DNA of 64,000 nt from assembly GCA_965262015.1 (NCBI GenBank), contig OZ253494.1:1018720-1082719 (forward strand). The letters are read 5' to 3'. Source of the DNA: Leptospiria bacterium. Its GTDB lineage: Bacteria; Spirochaetota; Leptospiria; Turneriellales; CBDBES01. Positions 10,240 to 20,484 of this stretch are shown piece by piece (positions within the stretch are counted from its first letter, which is position 1; each line of letters opens with the position of its first letter). Both the position numbers and the translations under genes were made by a program. The notes under the pieces were generated by a model. It ran no database searches and had not been told where the DNA came from. It saw only the letters and a program-made list of their open reading frames with translations.

Positions 10240-10962
10240 CTAATATTGTAAAGAACGATAAAAATGCTTTGATGTTTCAGCATCTTGACCTGTGCCATGC
10301 TGTCTTTGAAATTCTTGGGTAAAACGAAAAAGTTTCTCAAAGTAAACAAGATGTTTTTCATAATATTTTCTTTTAAAATCTAGACGAACTGGGCGTGACA
10401 CGATATTTTCAAAAGCCCCCAGACGAGATGTATATGTCTTATCACCATTCACCTGGTGAGTCACTGATACATCACCATTTTCTTTAGTTAGAGGTTTAAT
10501 GTCGACAACAGTGCTTATCTCAGAAATATCTTGTTCATGATCATAATCAGTCACGGTAGTCTGGACTTTACTTAAATTATTACCCTGAAAATATAAACGC
10601 ATAGTCTTCGTGCGCAACCCTGATAATTCTGGAAGAAAATGTACTACTGGAATAAATGAGTAACTTTCTAATTCAATATATCCCTTACTAACATCCTTTG
10701 TAAATTTAGTTCGTTGGGGAGTATAACGAACATCTACATTCATCAGGCCTCGATACTCTTGCAGGCGTTTGTAAAGAACAAGGATCTTTTCATCCAAAGC
10801 AATCTCTGCTGACTTCATACTTGCAGAACTTTGTAAACTTGGATCAATAACCTTCTGTAAATTCTTGTCAATTGAAGTAAGTGAAGAAACACACAATAAC
10901 AACAATCCTGTAAAAAGAATAGCTTGACCCATGCCATTCCATTGATTTTTTTTTCGCAACAT
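10240..10962 (-). CDS. Exported hypothetical protein
   Basis: Positively charged N-terminus followed by a hydrophobic segment, GQAILFTGLLLLCVSSLTS. I recognise no other motif. Confidence 0.5.
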   Translation of the reverse strand: MLRKKNQWNGMGQAILFTGLLLLCVSSLTSIDKNLQKVIDPSLQSSASMKSAEIALDEKILVLYKRLQEYRGLMNVDVRYTPQRTKFTKDVSKGYIELESYSFIPVVHFLPELSGLRTKTMRLYFQGNNLSKVQTTVTDYDHEQDISEISTVVDIKPLTKENGDVSVTHQVNGDKTYTSRLGAFENIVSRPVRLDFKRKYYEKHLVYFEKLFRFTQEFQRQHGTGQDAETSKHFYRSLQY

Positions 10963-11049
10963 ATCTAATAATCTCCTTGCATGATAAACATCATTGGTAC
11001 TATTTCGACTGGCTAGAAATCAAACTTAAATTACGGAGACTAATAAAAT

Positions 11050-11886
11050 TTAACGTCTCAAAAAATCAATAACATCAGCCTGTAACATTTTCCCAAGTAT
11101 CCGTGGGAAAAAACGCCTCATATAATATAACAACCATGATTCAAATGAAACAGGTAATACCCCAATATTACGTTTTACCGCTTTAACAATCTTATTCGCT
11201 ACTTGATCTGGAGTATACCCCCTTAACTTATACAACTTGACTAGATTATCTTGCAACTTCATATCTGCCTTCATAGAACCTTCATAAATGGTGTTTCTTA
11301 TAATAGGAGTATTAATAATACCTGGACATATGGCAGATACTCCTATATCATAACGAGCTAACGTTTGCCTCAAAGCTTCTGAAAAACCTAAGACAGCAAA
11401 TTTAGTAGTCGTATAGATAGGAGTATCTTTTAAAGGCACATACCCCGCTAAAGAAGAGATATTTACAATGTGGGCAGGTTGTTTAGCCTGAATCATGTCA
11501 TGAACAAAGGTATGACACATGTGAACAGTAGATTTGAGGTTGACATCTATTAACTTATCCCACGTAGCTAATTCAGTATCCATAAATAAACCAGCAGCTC
11601 CAATACCAGCACAATTAACTAATAAAGAAATACAGCTATACTGCTTTGAAACATTATGATAAAGCTTTTGAATATTATCTATGCTACTAATATCACATAT
11701 ATAAGATTGTACTGGATACTTGCAACCTTCCTCTTGAGCCATACGAACAGTATCTTCCAGGGCCTTCTCTTGTATATCAGTAGCAATGACAACGCAATTC
11801 AACTTTGCAAGAGCGATCACCAACGATCTACCAATGCCACTTGCGGCACCTGTAACTAAGGCAACTTGAGCATCTTTAATTTTCAT
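11050..11886 (-). CDS. Short-chain dehydrogenase/reductase (SDR)
   Basis: TGAASGIGRS cofactor motif, NCAG, and the Y-x3-K catalytic motif (YTTTKFAV). Confidence 0.85.
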   Translation of the reverse strand: MKIKDAQVALVTGAASGIGRSLVIALAKLNCVVIATDIQEKALEDTVRMAQEEGCKYPVQSYICDISSIDNIQKLYHNVSKQYSCISLLVNCAGIGAAGLFMDTELATWDKLIDVNLKSTVHMCHTFVHDMIQAKQPAHIVNISSLAGYVPLKDTPIYTTTKFAVLGFSEALRQTLARYDIGVSAICPGIINTPIIRNTIYEGSMKADMKLQDNLVKLYKLRGYTPDQVANKIVKAVKRNIGVLPVSFESWLLYYMRRFFPRILGKMLQADVIDFLRR

Positions 11887-11895
11887 AAGTAAATT

Positions 11896-12786
11896 CTATT
11901 CTTCATGTGATTCCACAAAATCAGCGATATACTTTGTTACCTTATCTTTTTGTGAAAGATGTACCCAATGGCCTGCTTTTACCCTGTGAATAGAAACACT
12001 AGTTATATGATTATGATATACATTAAACTGCTCAGGTTTAATGAAGGGGTCATCTAATCCAAGTATAATTTGTGTGGGTACATTTATGCTATTACGAGGA
12101 GGGATCTTTTTGAACATCATTGGAATAACATTTTTCCGGTATAGACTTAACATATTCACAATACCATGCATAGATTCAGGGTCCATTGTAGGCAATCCTT
12201 TGGCATCATTAGGCAGACTCTCTTTTCGTGTCATAATTTTGTACAACCAATTTCTTTGGTATTTTAGTAAAAACTCAAATAACCACGGTATATGTATCGC
12301 ATAAATATACCAGCTGGATAGAAACTGTTTGAAGGCAGAAAATACATCTAGAGAGAAAAAAGTCTTGGATATATACCGTGCCATCAAGGTGGGATGTGGC
12401 CCAGAAATTGCTGTATAAGAAAGAACATGTTTACGATGACTCTCATCAAAAACAAAACACCATCCTAAAGCTGCCCCCCAGTCATGCCCCACAAGATGCA
12501 CTTTTTTATTAGGACACAATTCCTGTATTACATAATCAATATCTACTAAAATTCTAGCAATCTTATAAGCAATAGGGGTCCGTGGTAGATCGCTCTTGCC
12601 AACCCCAACAAGATCAAAAGCTACTACATGAAAATCTTTAGATAAACCCTCTAATTGGTGAACCCACGAGTGATGGCTATCTGGAAAACCATGTAAAAAA
12701 ATGATCGATGGCTTCTTAGGATTACCACCAGTCACAGCATGTAATTCTACACCAGGGTATTGGGTAGGTATTCTTTGTACTTTCAC
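11896..12786 (-). CDS. Alpha/beta hydrolase (epoxide hydrolase/haloalkane dehalogenase-like)
   Basis: LHGFPDSHHSW oxyanion region and the nucleophile elbow VGHDWGA. Confidence 0.8.
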   Translation of the reverse strand: MKVQRIPTQYPGVELHAVTGGNPKKPSIIFLHGFPDSHHSWVHQLEGLSKDFHVVAFDLVGVGKSDLPRTPIAYKIARILVDIDYVIQELCPNKKVHLVGHDWGAALGWCFVFDESHRKHVLSYTAISGPHPTLMARYISKTFFSLDVFSAFKQFLSSWYIYAIHIPWLFEFLLKYQRNWLYKIMTRKESLPNDAKGLPTMDPESMHGIVNMLSLYRKNVIPMMFKKIPPRNSINVPTQIILGLDDPFIKPEQFNVYHNHITSVSIHRVKAGHWVHLSQKDKVTKYIADFVESHEE

Positions 12787-12798
12787 TCTATCCCCCTC

Positions 12799-13662
12799 TT
12801 ACCATTTTTTCCGCTTTGCTTCACGCATATGTGGCAAATTATCATCCAGCCAATAAGCACCTGAATCATCTATCACAAGTAGTTCTTCCCATTTAACACC
12901 ATAACCTTTGTAACCAATATGTGGCTCAACTGCCCACAAACCTTCGTAGGGAACATGGTCAGACTCGTACCAGTCATTCCAAAGATGTGATTTAACGACA
13001 TGAGGCAATAAAGCAGATAAAAGAGAATGCGGAACAAGCCACTTGAATTGATCCAGACCAAATCGTAATAAATGTCGTTTACTTACTTGTTCGGGATCAC
13101 GTACTTTCATAACCCGGTGGGCTAGAACACGTCTAGGATATTTTTTATGAATATTAACATAGCCATCTTCATGAAAGAGCTTATTTAATTTTTTATAAAT
13201 TAAACTAAAATTAGATTTAAGATTGACTTGTTCATGTATGAACTTGCGATATTTGATCAAATCTTTACGCATCTTGGCATGAATGGTATCATCTTCTTCA
13301 CCAAACATAATAGAATAACCAATATCGGCGGCATAACCATCTACAATTGGAGCGATATCTAGAATAACAGGCATACCTTTGGACAGCTTGCGCTTTGTAG
13401 GAAAAAATTGGATAGGAATAATAAAATACTTGAAGCGGGTTCTATCCCCAAACCAAGCGAAAGGCTTGTGGAAGAAAGTTGTTACGCCCTTAGCAGACAT
13501 CCAATCTGTCATTAAACGTACAGCTTCTTTTTCGGTCATACCTTCTGTTAGCTGTTTACCCACTGACTCTACACATTCATAGGAAAGTTTTTGTACTGCA
13601 GAAAACTTGTCCAGATCTTTTTGTGAAAATTTATCTAATTGATATAAACTACTCATACACAC
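12799..13662 (-). CDS. M24-family (pita-bread fold) metallopeptidase-like protein
   Basis: ILDIAPIVDGYAADIGYS and WAVEPHIGYKGYGVKWEELLVIDDSG resemble M24 metal-ligand blocks. Confidence 0.55.
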   Translation of the reverse strand: MCMSSLYQLDKFSQKDLDKFSAVQKLSYECVESVGKQLTEGMTEKEAVRLMTDWMSAKGVTTFFHKPFAWFGDRTRFKYFIIPIQFFPTKRKLSKGMPVILDIAPIVDGYAADIGYSIMFGEEDDTIHAKMRKDLIKYRKFIHEQVNLKSNFSLIYKKLNKLFHEDGYVNIHKKYPRRVLAHRVMKVRDPEQVSKRHLLRFGLDQFKWLVPHSLLSALLPHVVKSHLWNDWYESDHVPYEGLWAVEPHIGYKGYGVKWEELLVIDDSGAYWLDDNLPHMREAKRKKW

Positions 13663-13848
13663 CTTAGATAATTTTATTCTCTATGGAATCAAGCATTTTT
13701 TAGCATAAACCTACAAAACTCAATTGACAGTTTGTATCTTTCATTTTTACGCATAAAACCTTATTTGATTGAAACAATAAATTATTATTGTTTCGACTAT
13801 CTTCTTAATTGGTTTCTTAGTAATCGAGAGAATTTTAATGCAATTTTG

Positions 13849-15060
13849 TTAATCTTCACTACCATGTGTACCAGCCTCTTTATCAGCTGCACGATGAGCA
13901 TTATTAGCGGCATCTTCACCTGTAGCTTCAGCTACTTTTCTGGCAGCTGTACTCACAGTATGGCTGGCTATTCCCGTTTGGCTTTCACTCAGAGCAAAGG
14001 CCTTATTATATGCTGCATCTCCAGCTGTTATACCTTTTTGGATGCGGTCCAGTCTATCACCAACACTATAGTCTATGGCCCAAGGGAATCTGACAGATAC
14101 ACTGCTGCGTCTAGGCAGAAATGTAGAAGCCAATGCAAATTTTCCGAATTTAACTTTGAGTTTCTTAGATCGAGCATCCTTATCAAAACTAAGGCCTTCT
14201 TTGATACTCATGATCTCAATAGATACTGTACTTGAGTTGTCAGAAGGAACAAAATAATCGCTGTTTGTGGTGCTGTCTGGACACCTATGTGGATCTAATC
14301 TGAATGTGATGGCTTCACTATTTGCTGGAATAGTAACCGTTATTGTGCTTTTTGTATTCCTAAGGGACTCTTCATTATCTCCCCCTATGAACTTAAAGGA
14401 ATAAAAATTAGCTGATAACGGGAAGCCGATACCAGGGTGGCCGATACCCCCTTGCACATTACAACTACCTCTATCATCTTCTATTATTGTCACACATTGG
14501 GTATTAACCCTAACCATAATAGGGCCTGTTCCAAGGCTCCCTGTTGTGAGAGTATCTGGACAGGGAGCCCCTGTCCCTGTAGTCGGTGCAGTACTGGGAA
14601 CAATCTTAGTATGGCGTGGCATAATCTTTGGGGCTCTATGATATGCTGTTGTCGTCCCACTACCTTCACTGTTTTCTATCGCCCACATTAAAGTAACTGT
14701 TACAGGCTTGTCTGTTGGAGTCATTCTTCTCACTGTATAAACAGGCAAACGATTGGTTTTGATTGTATTCTTTATTGTTGCTATTCCATCTTCCAAGCAA
14801 TCCGAGTATTCGCCTGAACAATCTAAACTTAGTGTGACATCCACCTCTGGCACCTCTGGCACCTCTGGCACCTCTGTACCAACCATATCGTCTGGATCGC
14901 TATCAATTACCGGAACGCTACCAGCCTTGCAATATGCAAAAAAACAAACAATTATTAGTAAGCCGTAAAGTAAATGGTAAAAGTATCTATGTGTGCTGTG
15001 CTGTGCTGTGCTGTGCTGTGCTGTGCTGTGCTGTGCTGTGCTGTGCTGTGTGGTTTTCAT
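13849..15060 (-). CDS. Surface/lipoprotein family A, paralog 1 (phase-variable leader, in frame = ON)
   Basis: MKTT(QHSTA)n-HRYFYHLLYGLLIIVCFFAYC signal-peptide-like N-terminus. It shares the blocks LDCS...IATI.NTIKT..LP.YT, FYSFKF, TF.LDPHRCPD and LKVKF with 26402-27608 and 27781-28992. Confidence 0.7.
   Translation of the reverse strand: MKTTQHSTAQHSTAQHSTAQHSTHRYFYHLLYGLLIIVCFFAYCKAGSVPVIDSDPDDMVGTEVPEVPEVPEVDVTLSLDCSGEYSDCLEDGIATIKNTIKTNRLPVYTVRRMTPTDKPVTVTLMWAIENSEGSGTTTAYHRAPKIMPRHTKIVPSTAPTTGTGAPCPDTLTTGSLGTGPIMVRVNTQCVTIIEDDRGSCNVQGGIGHPGIGFPLSANFYSFKFIGGDNEESLRNTKSTITVTIPANSEAITFRLDPHRCPDSTTNSDYFVPSDNSSTVSIEIMSIKEGLSFDKDARSKKLKVKFGKFALASTFLPRRSSVSVRFPWAIDYSVGDRLDRIQKGITAGDAAYNKAFALSESQTGIASHTVSTAARKVAEATGEDAANNAHRAADKEAGTHGSED
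14996..15050 (-). repeat. Pentanucleotide microsatellite (CACAG)11 on the coding strand
   Basis: 11 perfect CTGTG units on the plus strand, starting 10 nt after the ATG at 15060. They encode (HSTAQ)n. Confidence 0.95.
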
Positions 15061-15531
15061 AGGGGAAACGTGTTACACATGCCTAAAAAATCAACACTTT
15101 TTTATATAAAATTGTAAAATAGAGTGGAAAGTTGCTACCTGCTATGGACTGGAGGGCCTATCCAGGAGCTGGACAGAATAAACCTGGGTATACATACATA
15201 TGCAGAAGCCTCTAATACTCTTTAGAGTTTTTGAAATTTTGTATTTTCTGTTCGGCTGTTGTAGATAATAGATCCTGGATATTATCTGCCTGAGAAAATA
15301 ACTGTTTCTATTATCTTCTTGTTTGGTTTTAAGGGGAACAGCAAAGTTTATAGTAAATTAGATTGTCCAGGTTCATAATGGAATTTCCAATAGAAAGCCA
15401 TGACTTAATTATTAAGATATTTACAAGATATCTCATAATTATAGTGATAGATCATGTTTAGGAGGATTGTTTGATATTATGAGTCAACACCTCTTTTTAT
15501 TAGTCTATTAGATTCGTCAGTCCAGTAAATC

Positions 15532-17508
15532 ATGCTTGCAGAAGAATTGTCTAAGCTTAGTCATTACCATTTACGTAATATGGTGAATGTATGGGGCATG
15601 CCTGTTAGAGCAAACTGTACAAAACCAACATTAATCTCTAAGATCATGCATTATTACATGGATGATTATTATCTTAAAGGGGTATTAGAAAATTTAACGC
15701 CATTACAAGTTACTATTTTATGCGTAATACTGGAAAGTAAGACAGTTTTAACTCTAGGCGAAATTTCTCGGTCTATTCGAGTACAACCAATTAATGTTGA
15801 AAAAGAGTTATCTGTTTTAAAGCATTTTCTATTAATTTATCAAAAAAAAAATCGAGCCCGCATTACAAGTAATCTAGATAAATATCCTCCTTATGATGAA
15901 GTCAAAAATCGTATACTTACAGATAAGAATATCAAGGGAAATAAACTACGCATCACCATCGAAAAGATGGTATCTACAAAAGATATTGATACTTTTTCTA
16001 AGGAATATTTACATTTACTGGGGAAAAATATTTCTAAAGATAATTTGGTTACACAAGCCACAAGTACTAGTTTTCTGGAGAAGGTCTTAACAAAATTAAG
16101 TAACGAAGAAGCAATATTAATTGATGAAATTTTCCAAAATGGTGGTATCCTTGAAATTAATCATGCTCGACTTATTCTTGAAGAAAATAAGTTAAATCAA
16201 GAAGTAGCTATTCGTAGATTGGATAACTTACAAATCGTAAAAGATTTATATTTTGTTGAGCATCGCTTTATTCGTATGCTCATTATGCCTGTTGAGTTTT
16301 TTGAATATCTGAAAGAGAATCCTCTTGTTATTAGAGAAGTAGGCATTACTGCCATGGAAGAGAAAATTCTTTCTAATGAATTTGACTTCATCATTAATCT
16401 TAAAAAATTATTATTATTTATCTCTAATAAAGGTTTCACATTAACACAGTCTCAATCTATTAAACAAGTTGATCTTAAAAAAACAGAAGAACATATGATT
16501 GATATTGATGTTAGTCTTTTTAGAAAAAAAAGCCATATATACCAAGTGGAAATTGCCCTACCTATTCTAAAATTATTTAATTTAGTTTCACTTAAAACAG
16601 ATCATCTGATTTTAGAAAATAATTTTGAAGAATTTATTAAAGAAGATATACTTGTTTTATTACAAGATATTCTAGCAAAAATTAAAGAAACCGAAAATAA
16701 ATACACCAAAGGTGAAGGCTTTTTTCTTCCTACATCACTATCTTTTTATGATCAGGCTACTTTTCATGAATGTATTGAGATGATTGGAACTACAGGCCAC
16801 ATATCAACTAAAACCATTATTGCACAGATGATAAGAGAAAAAGTTGTCTTATCGCCTACCTTCAGCATACAAGAATTTCGAACCTCGTATATGGCAGAAT
16901 ATAAACGATTAGTTTCAGCTCTGCTTTATATGCAATTATTTGGTATTATTACGGTTTATTATCCAGAGCGTACTATTGAGTTATCAGAAATAGGGAAATA
17001 TCTTTTCTTCCAAGAGCCTCTCACGATGGAAAGCACAAAGGGATGTCTATATGTTAATCCTGATGGTTCTATCTTAGCAATGAAAGATGAAATGTCTTTA
17101 TTTGATATTGCAATATTAAAAGCCTTTTGTGTTCTTCAAGAAAAAAGTTATGTTTATAATTTTATACTAAATCGAGATTCCGTACAACAAGGTATTTTAT
17201 TAGGCTATAGTATTGACAAGTTACATACTTTGCTAGTAGAAAAGTCTAAAACAAAATTACCCCAAAATCTATCTTTCTGGGTAGAAGATTGGACTAAAGA
17301 ACTACCTATTATTGTTATCGAAGAAGGAGTAGTATTATTAGAAACATCCAACCCGCAACTTAAACAGTTGCTTGTGGGACAACTAAGAAACTCTAGAATT
17401 GTACTGAAAGATATATCCCCAACTACAATGATAATTGACAAAACAAAAATTAAAGACGTAATGTTACTTGCTGAAAAATTTGATATGATTGTTAAACTTA
17501 TTCGTTAG
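15532..17508 (+). CDS. Hypothetical 658-aa cytoplasmic protein
   Basis: Long uninterrupted ORF with no TM or signal peptide. I cannot recognise a catalytic motif. The N-terminus is helical (LSKLSHYHLRNMVNVWGM...). Confidence 0.6.
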   Translation: MLAEELSKLSHYHLRNMVNVWGMPVRANCTKPTLISKIMHYYMDDYYLKGVLENLTPLQVTILCVILESKTVLTLGEISRSIRVQPINVEKELSVLKHFLLIYQKKNRARITSNLDKYPPYDEVKNRILTDKNIKGNKLRITIEKMVSTKDIDTFSKEYLHLLGKNISKDNLVTQATSTSFLEKVLTKLSNEEAILIDEIFQNGGILEINHARLILEENKLNQEVAIRRLDNLQIVKDLYFVEHRFIRMLIMPVEFFEYLKENPLVIREVGITAMEEKILSNEFDFIINLKKLLLFISNKGFTLTQSQSIKQVDLKKTEEHMIDIDVSLFRKKSHIYQVEIALPILKLFNLVSLKTDHLILENNFEEFIKEDILVLLQDILAKIKETENKYTKGEGFFLPTSLSFYDQATFHECIEMIGTTGHISTKTIIAQMIREKVVLSPTFSIQEFRTSYMAEYKRLVSALLYMQLFGIITVYYPERTIELSEIGKYLFFQEPLTMESTKGCLYVNPDGSILAMKDEMSLFDIAILKAFCVLQEKSYVYNFILNRDSVQQGILLGYSIDKLHTLLVEKSKTKLPQNLSFWVEDWTKELPIIVIEEGVVLLETSNPQLKQLLVGQLRNSRIVLKDISPTTMIIDKTKIKDVMLLAEKFDMIVKLIR

Positions 17509-17535
17509 ATTTTTGTTATCTTATAGTAATTACAA

Positions 17536-18369
17536 CTATAAGATATATGGGCGAATATAGGTAATGCGTTTGATTTGTTGATAGAAAGGGTGTAAATTAA
17601 CTTTTAGCCCTTCTGCTTCCAATCCTTGCAAACTCTCTGTAAAATCAGAAACGAAAATTTTCAGATAGCCCGGAGTATTATTTGTATTATGGCTGTTTTG
17701 TTCATAGATGCTTTTTTTTAGCGATAGTGCTACTTCAACAGATGGATCAATTACTTGGAGTTGAGGATAAAGAGCTTGTATTCTACCCTTAATTAAAGGG
17801 TAATGTGTACACCCTAAAAGGACATGGGTTACTTGTTTTGTAATGAGATTATTCATATAGTTTTGAATAACCAGCTTAAACACTTTATCATCATCATAAG
17901 CTTCTTCGATGAGGGGCACAAATAAAGGACAGGCCTGTGTATGCAATATAATAGATGGATTATATTGATTGAGTAGAATATCATAGGCTTTACTAAGAAT
18001 TGTAGAGCGTGTACCAATTACAGAAGCAATAGTAGTGGGTGTGACTATTTTTAATAATGCAGAAATACCAGGCTCAATAACTCCCATAATGGATACGTTA
18101 ATGGATTTTTGTAATGTTGATAATGCAAAGGAAGATGCTGTGTTACAGGCAATCACTATCGTTTTTACTTGGTGTGCAAGTAAAAAATCTACAATCTCTC
18201 TAGAATAACGAATAATAGTTTCTTGGGATTTATTACCATAAGGAACTCGTGCCGTATCTCCAAAATAAATAATGTTTTCATTTGGTAGTAAATTTTGTAC
18301 AGCAGCAACTATACTAAAACCACCAAGACCACTATCAAAAATACCGATTGGTGCTTGTGACATATTCAA
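17536..18369 (-). CDS. murI: Glutamate racemase
   Basis: IGIFDSGLGG, IACNTASS and LGCTHYPL contain the two catalytic Cys motifs. Confidence 0.9.
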   Translation of the reverse strand: MNMSQAPIGIFDSGLGGFSIVAAVQNLLPNENIIYFGDTARVPYGNKSQETIIRYSREIVDFLLAHQVKTIVIACNTASSFALSTLQKSINVSIMGVIEPGISALLKIVTPTTIASVIGTRSTILSKAYDILLNQYNPSIILHTQACPLFVPLIEEAYDDDKVFKLVIQNYMNNLITKQVTHVLLGCTHYPLIKGRIQALYPQLQVIDPSVEVALSLKKSIYEQNSHNTNNTPGYLKIFVSDFTESLQGLEAEGLKVNLHPFYQQIKRITYIRPYIL

Positions 18370-18460
18370 GTAACTCTTTTACAATAACTACTTTGTAGTA
18401 TCCTAACTTAGTACCAAAGATATTTGTTTCTATTATTTTGCATGTACCGTATTTATAGTT

Positions 18461-19681
18461 TTATTCAATAAAGGCTTTGTGAACCACATTTAACGCCCTG
18501 TGGGCCTGCTCTTTATCTATTACACATGAGATTTTAATTTCACTGGTAGATACCATCAAAATATTAATTTTCTCTTGAGATAAAACTAGAAAAGTCTTTG
18601 CTGCTACCCCTGAATGAGACTTCATCCCAATCCCAATAACAGATAAAATAGCAATTTCTTCTTTTACCTCTAATTCTCCTTGTTTCCATAATTGTATACA
18701 TTCTTTTACAATGTCCTGGGCTTCTCTAAGATTATTCTGGGTCACGGTAAAAGAGATTGTGTTCATCTGATTTTTACCAATAGACTGTACAATCATATCC
18801 ACCACAATATTCTTTTCTGCTAACATCGTGAATAATTGTGCAGCTATTCCTGGTTTATCTGGTATATCAATAACAGATATCTGAGCCTCATCATCTTTAA
18901 GGGTCACTCCTGTCACCCATATCTCTTCCATATTTTTATCCCCCTTATTTACCAAGGTACCTTCTCTAATATTATAACTAGAACGTACATGTAGTATAAC
19001 ACTATATTTTTTAGCAAACTCAACGCAACGAGAATGCAACACACCTGCTCCTAAAGAAGCAAACTCTAGCATCTCATCATAAGAAATGTGTTCTAATTTT
19101 TTTGCACTAGAAACTACCGCAGGATTGGCAGTATATACTCCATCTACATCCGTATAAATTTCACATTCTTTTGCCGAGAGCTCAGCTGCCAAAGCAACCG
19201 CAGTAATATCTGAACCACCCCGACCTAGAGTAGTAACATTTTGATTACTACCTATCCCTTGAAACCCCGCTACAAGACATACTTGATGTGTTTTAAACGC
19301 CTGTTTAATTTGTTGGGTATCTATTTTTTTAATCCTGGCATTACTATAATTGTCATCTGTCACAATATTAACCTGAAAAGCTAAAAAACTAATGGCCGAA
19401 ATCCCTTCAGTATGCAATGCCATGGCTAAAAGTGATATTGATATTTGTTCACCCGTTGAAAGCAACATATCCATTTCTCGTTTTGCAGGGTTTGGTGTGA
19501 TCTCGTATGCTAGTTTAGTAAGATTGTCTGTAGTTTTACCCATGGCTGATACAACAACTACCAATCGATCATTTGGCTTAAGTTTCTGTTTTATACGTTT
19601 AGCAATTTTTTTCAAACGGTCTACATCACTAACTGATGTACCGCCATATTTCTGAACATATATGGGATTCGAAATTTTCAA
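18461..19681 (-). CDS. lysC: Aspartate kinase
   Basis: VQKYGGTSV, VVVSAMGKTTD, RGGSDITA and two C-terminal ACT-like repeats. Confidence 0.9.
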   Translation of the reverse strand: MKISNPIYVQKYGGTSVSDVDRLKKIAKRIKQKLKPNDRLVVVVSAMGKTTDNLTKLAYEITPNPAKREMDMLLSTGEQISISLLAMALHTEGISAISFLAFQVNIVTDDNYSNARIKKIDTQQIKQAFKTHQVCLVAGFQGIGSNQNVTTLGRGGSDITAVALAAELSAKECEIYTDVDGVYTANPAVVSSAKKLEHISYDEMLEFASLGAGVLHSRCVEFAKKYSVILHVRSSYNIREGTLVNKGDKNMEEIWVTGVTLKDDEAQISVIDIPDKPGIAAQLFTMLAEKNIVVDMIVQSIGKNQMNTISFTVTQNNLREAQDIVKECIQLWKQGELEVKEEIAILSVIGIGMKSHSGVAAKTFLVLSQEKINILMVSTSEIKISCVIDKEQAHRALNVVHKAFIE

Positions 19682-19709
19682 GTTAGTCTTTTAATATAGG
19701 TATAGTATT

Positions 19710-20477
19710 CTATCGCAATGTATGTAAAAATGCTCTAATTTCATCTGGAGTAACTTCTTGATTAATTTTAATAACATAAGTAGAGAATAATATATCATGT
19801 AATAGACATGGTTTTTGAGCTATCTCGAATATAACAACCTGTATTAAAGCAAGTGGGTAAAAACGAAAAAAACCTCTAAAAAAAGCATGTGCAAAGTCTA
19901 AGGGCCTACCATTCTTATCTACAACCATAATGCCAAGCTTTTTCCTTAGAGGAGACATACCTGGATGTTTTATATTTAACATTGATTCATGATAGGCGAT
20001 ATAGGCATGCCATAAAATAATAATAACAAAGAAACCCAATATATATATTAACGAACCTAAAGGTACAGCCATACCATTCATGACTAGTAAATTGTTTTTA
20101 ATAAGATCTGGCCATAGCATATATTTTAGAGTACCCGGCAAAGGGATTGCATAGGTAAAAAGAATCTGTAGACCATTAAGCGTAAGAGCCCATGCGATTA
20201 AACCCAACCGCAGAAAATTTTTTTCGTAGAAATAGCTCCATATTCTGTAACCTATTGATGGTATTTCAATAGCAGGTATTTTCATTTTTATATAAAGGTC
20301 TTTAAAATATTCTGCTTTTTTGTGTTCTCCTATATCTAAAAAGGTATAGTAAGCAAATTTAATTTCTTCACTACTAAGATTATCAAACTTAGTCATATCT
20401 ATACCGTCTAGCTTAGTATGTTCAACAACTTTCGCAGATTCATTTTGTTCGTTTTGTTCGTTTTCCTTTGGGGGCAT
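19710..20477 (-). CDS. Membrane protein, RDD-family-like
   Basis: Three or four TM segments. The C-terminal block KLGIMVVDKNGRPLDFAHAFFRGFFRF resembles the RDD signature. Confidence 0.45.
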   Translation of the reverse strand: MPPKENEQNEQNESAKVVEHTKLDGIDMTKFDNLSSEEIKFAYYTFLDIGEHKKAEYFKDLYIKMKIPAIEIPSIGYRIWSYFYEKNFLRLGLIAWALTLNGLQILFTYAIPLPGTLKYMLWPDLIKNNLLVMNGMAVPLGSLIYILGFFVIIILWHAYIAYHESMLNIKHPGMSPLRKKLGIMVVDKNGRPLDFAHAFFRGFFRFYPLALIQVVIFEIAQKPCLLHDILFSTYVIKINQEVTPDEIRAFLHTLR

Positions 20478-20484
20478 CTTTATT

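Noticed and set aside
13732-14968. Plus-strand ORFs (13732-14235, 14075-14257, 14437-14691 and 14753-14968) lie opposite family A paralog 1.
   Set aside because: They overlap a longer paralog-supported minus-strand CDS and have no independent support.
15135-15233. A possible small RNA was considered: a G+C-richer patch followed by CTCTAA-tactct-TTAGAG plus T5 on the plus strand, in the 470-nt divergent intergenic region.
   Set aside because: The stem is only 6 bp with 2 G:C pairs, I can point to no promoter, and I recognise no conservation or family. It is not supportable from sequence alone.
15842-15851. The A10 homopolymer inside the 658-aa CDS was considered as another phase-variation tract.
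   Set aside because: Runs of A or T of this length are frequent in this AT-rich window (for example T9 near 10953). The gene is cytoplasmic and the tract is not near the start.
17518-17544. The hairpin ATCTTATAGT-aattaca-ACTATAAGAT between the convergent 15532-17508 gene and murI was considered as a bidirectional terminator.
   Set aside because: The stem is almost entirely A/T, it overlaps the murI stop codon, and no U-tract follows on either strand. It is too weak to call.
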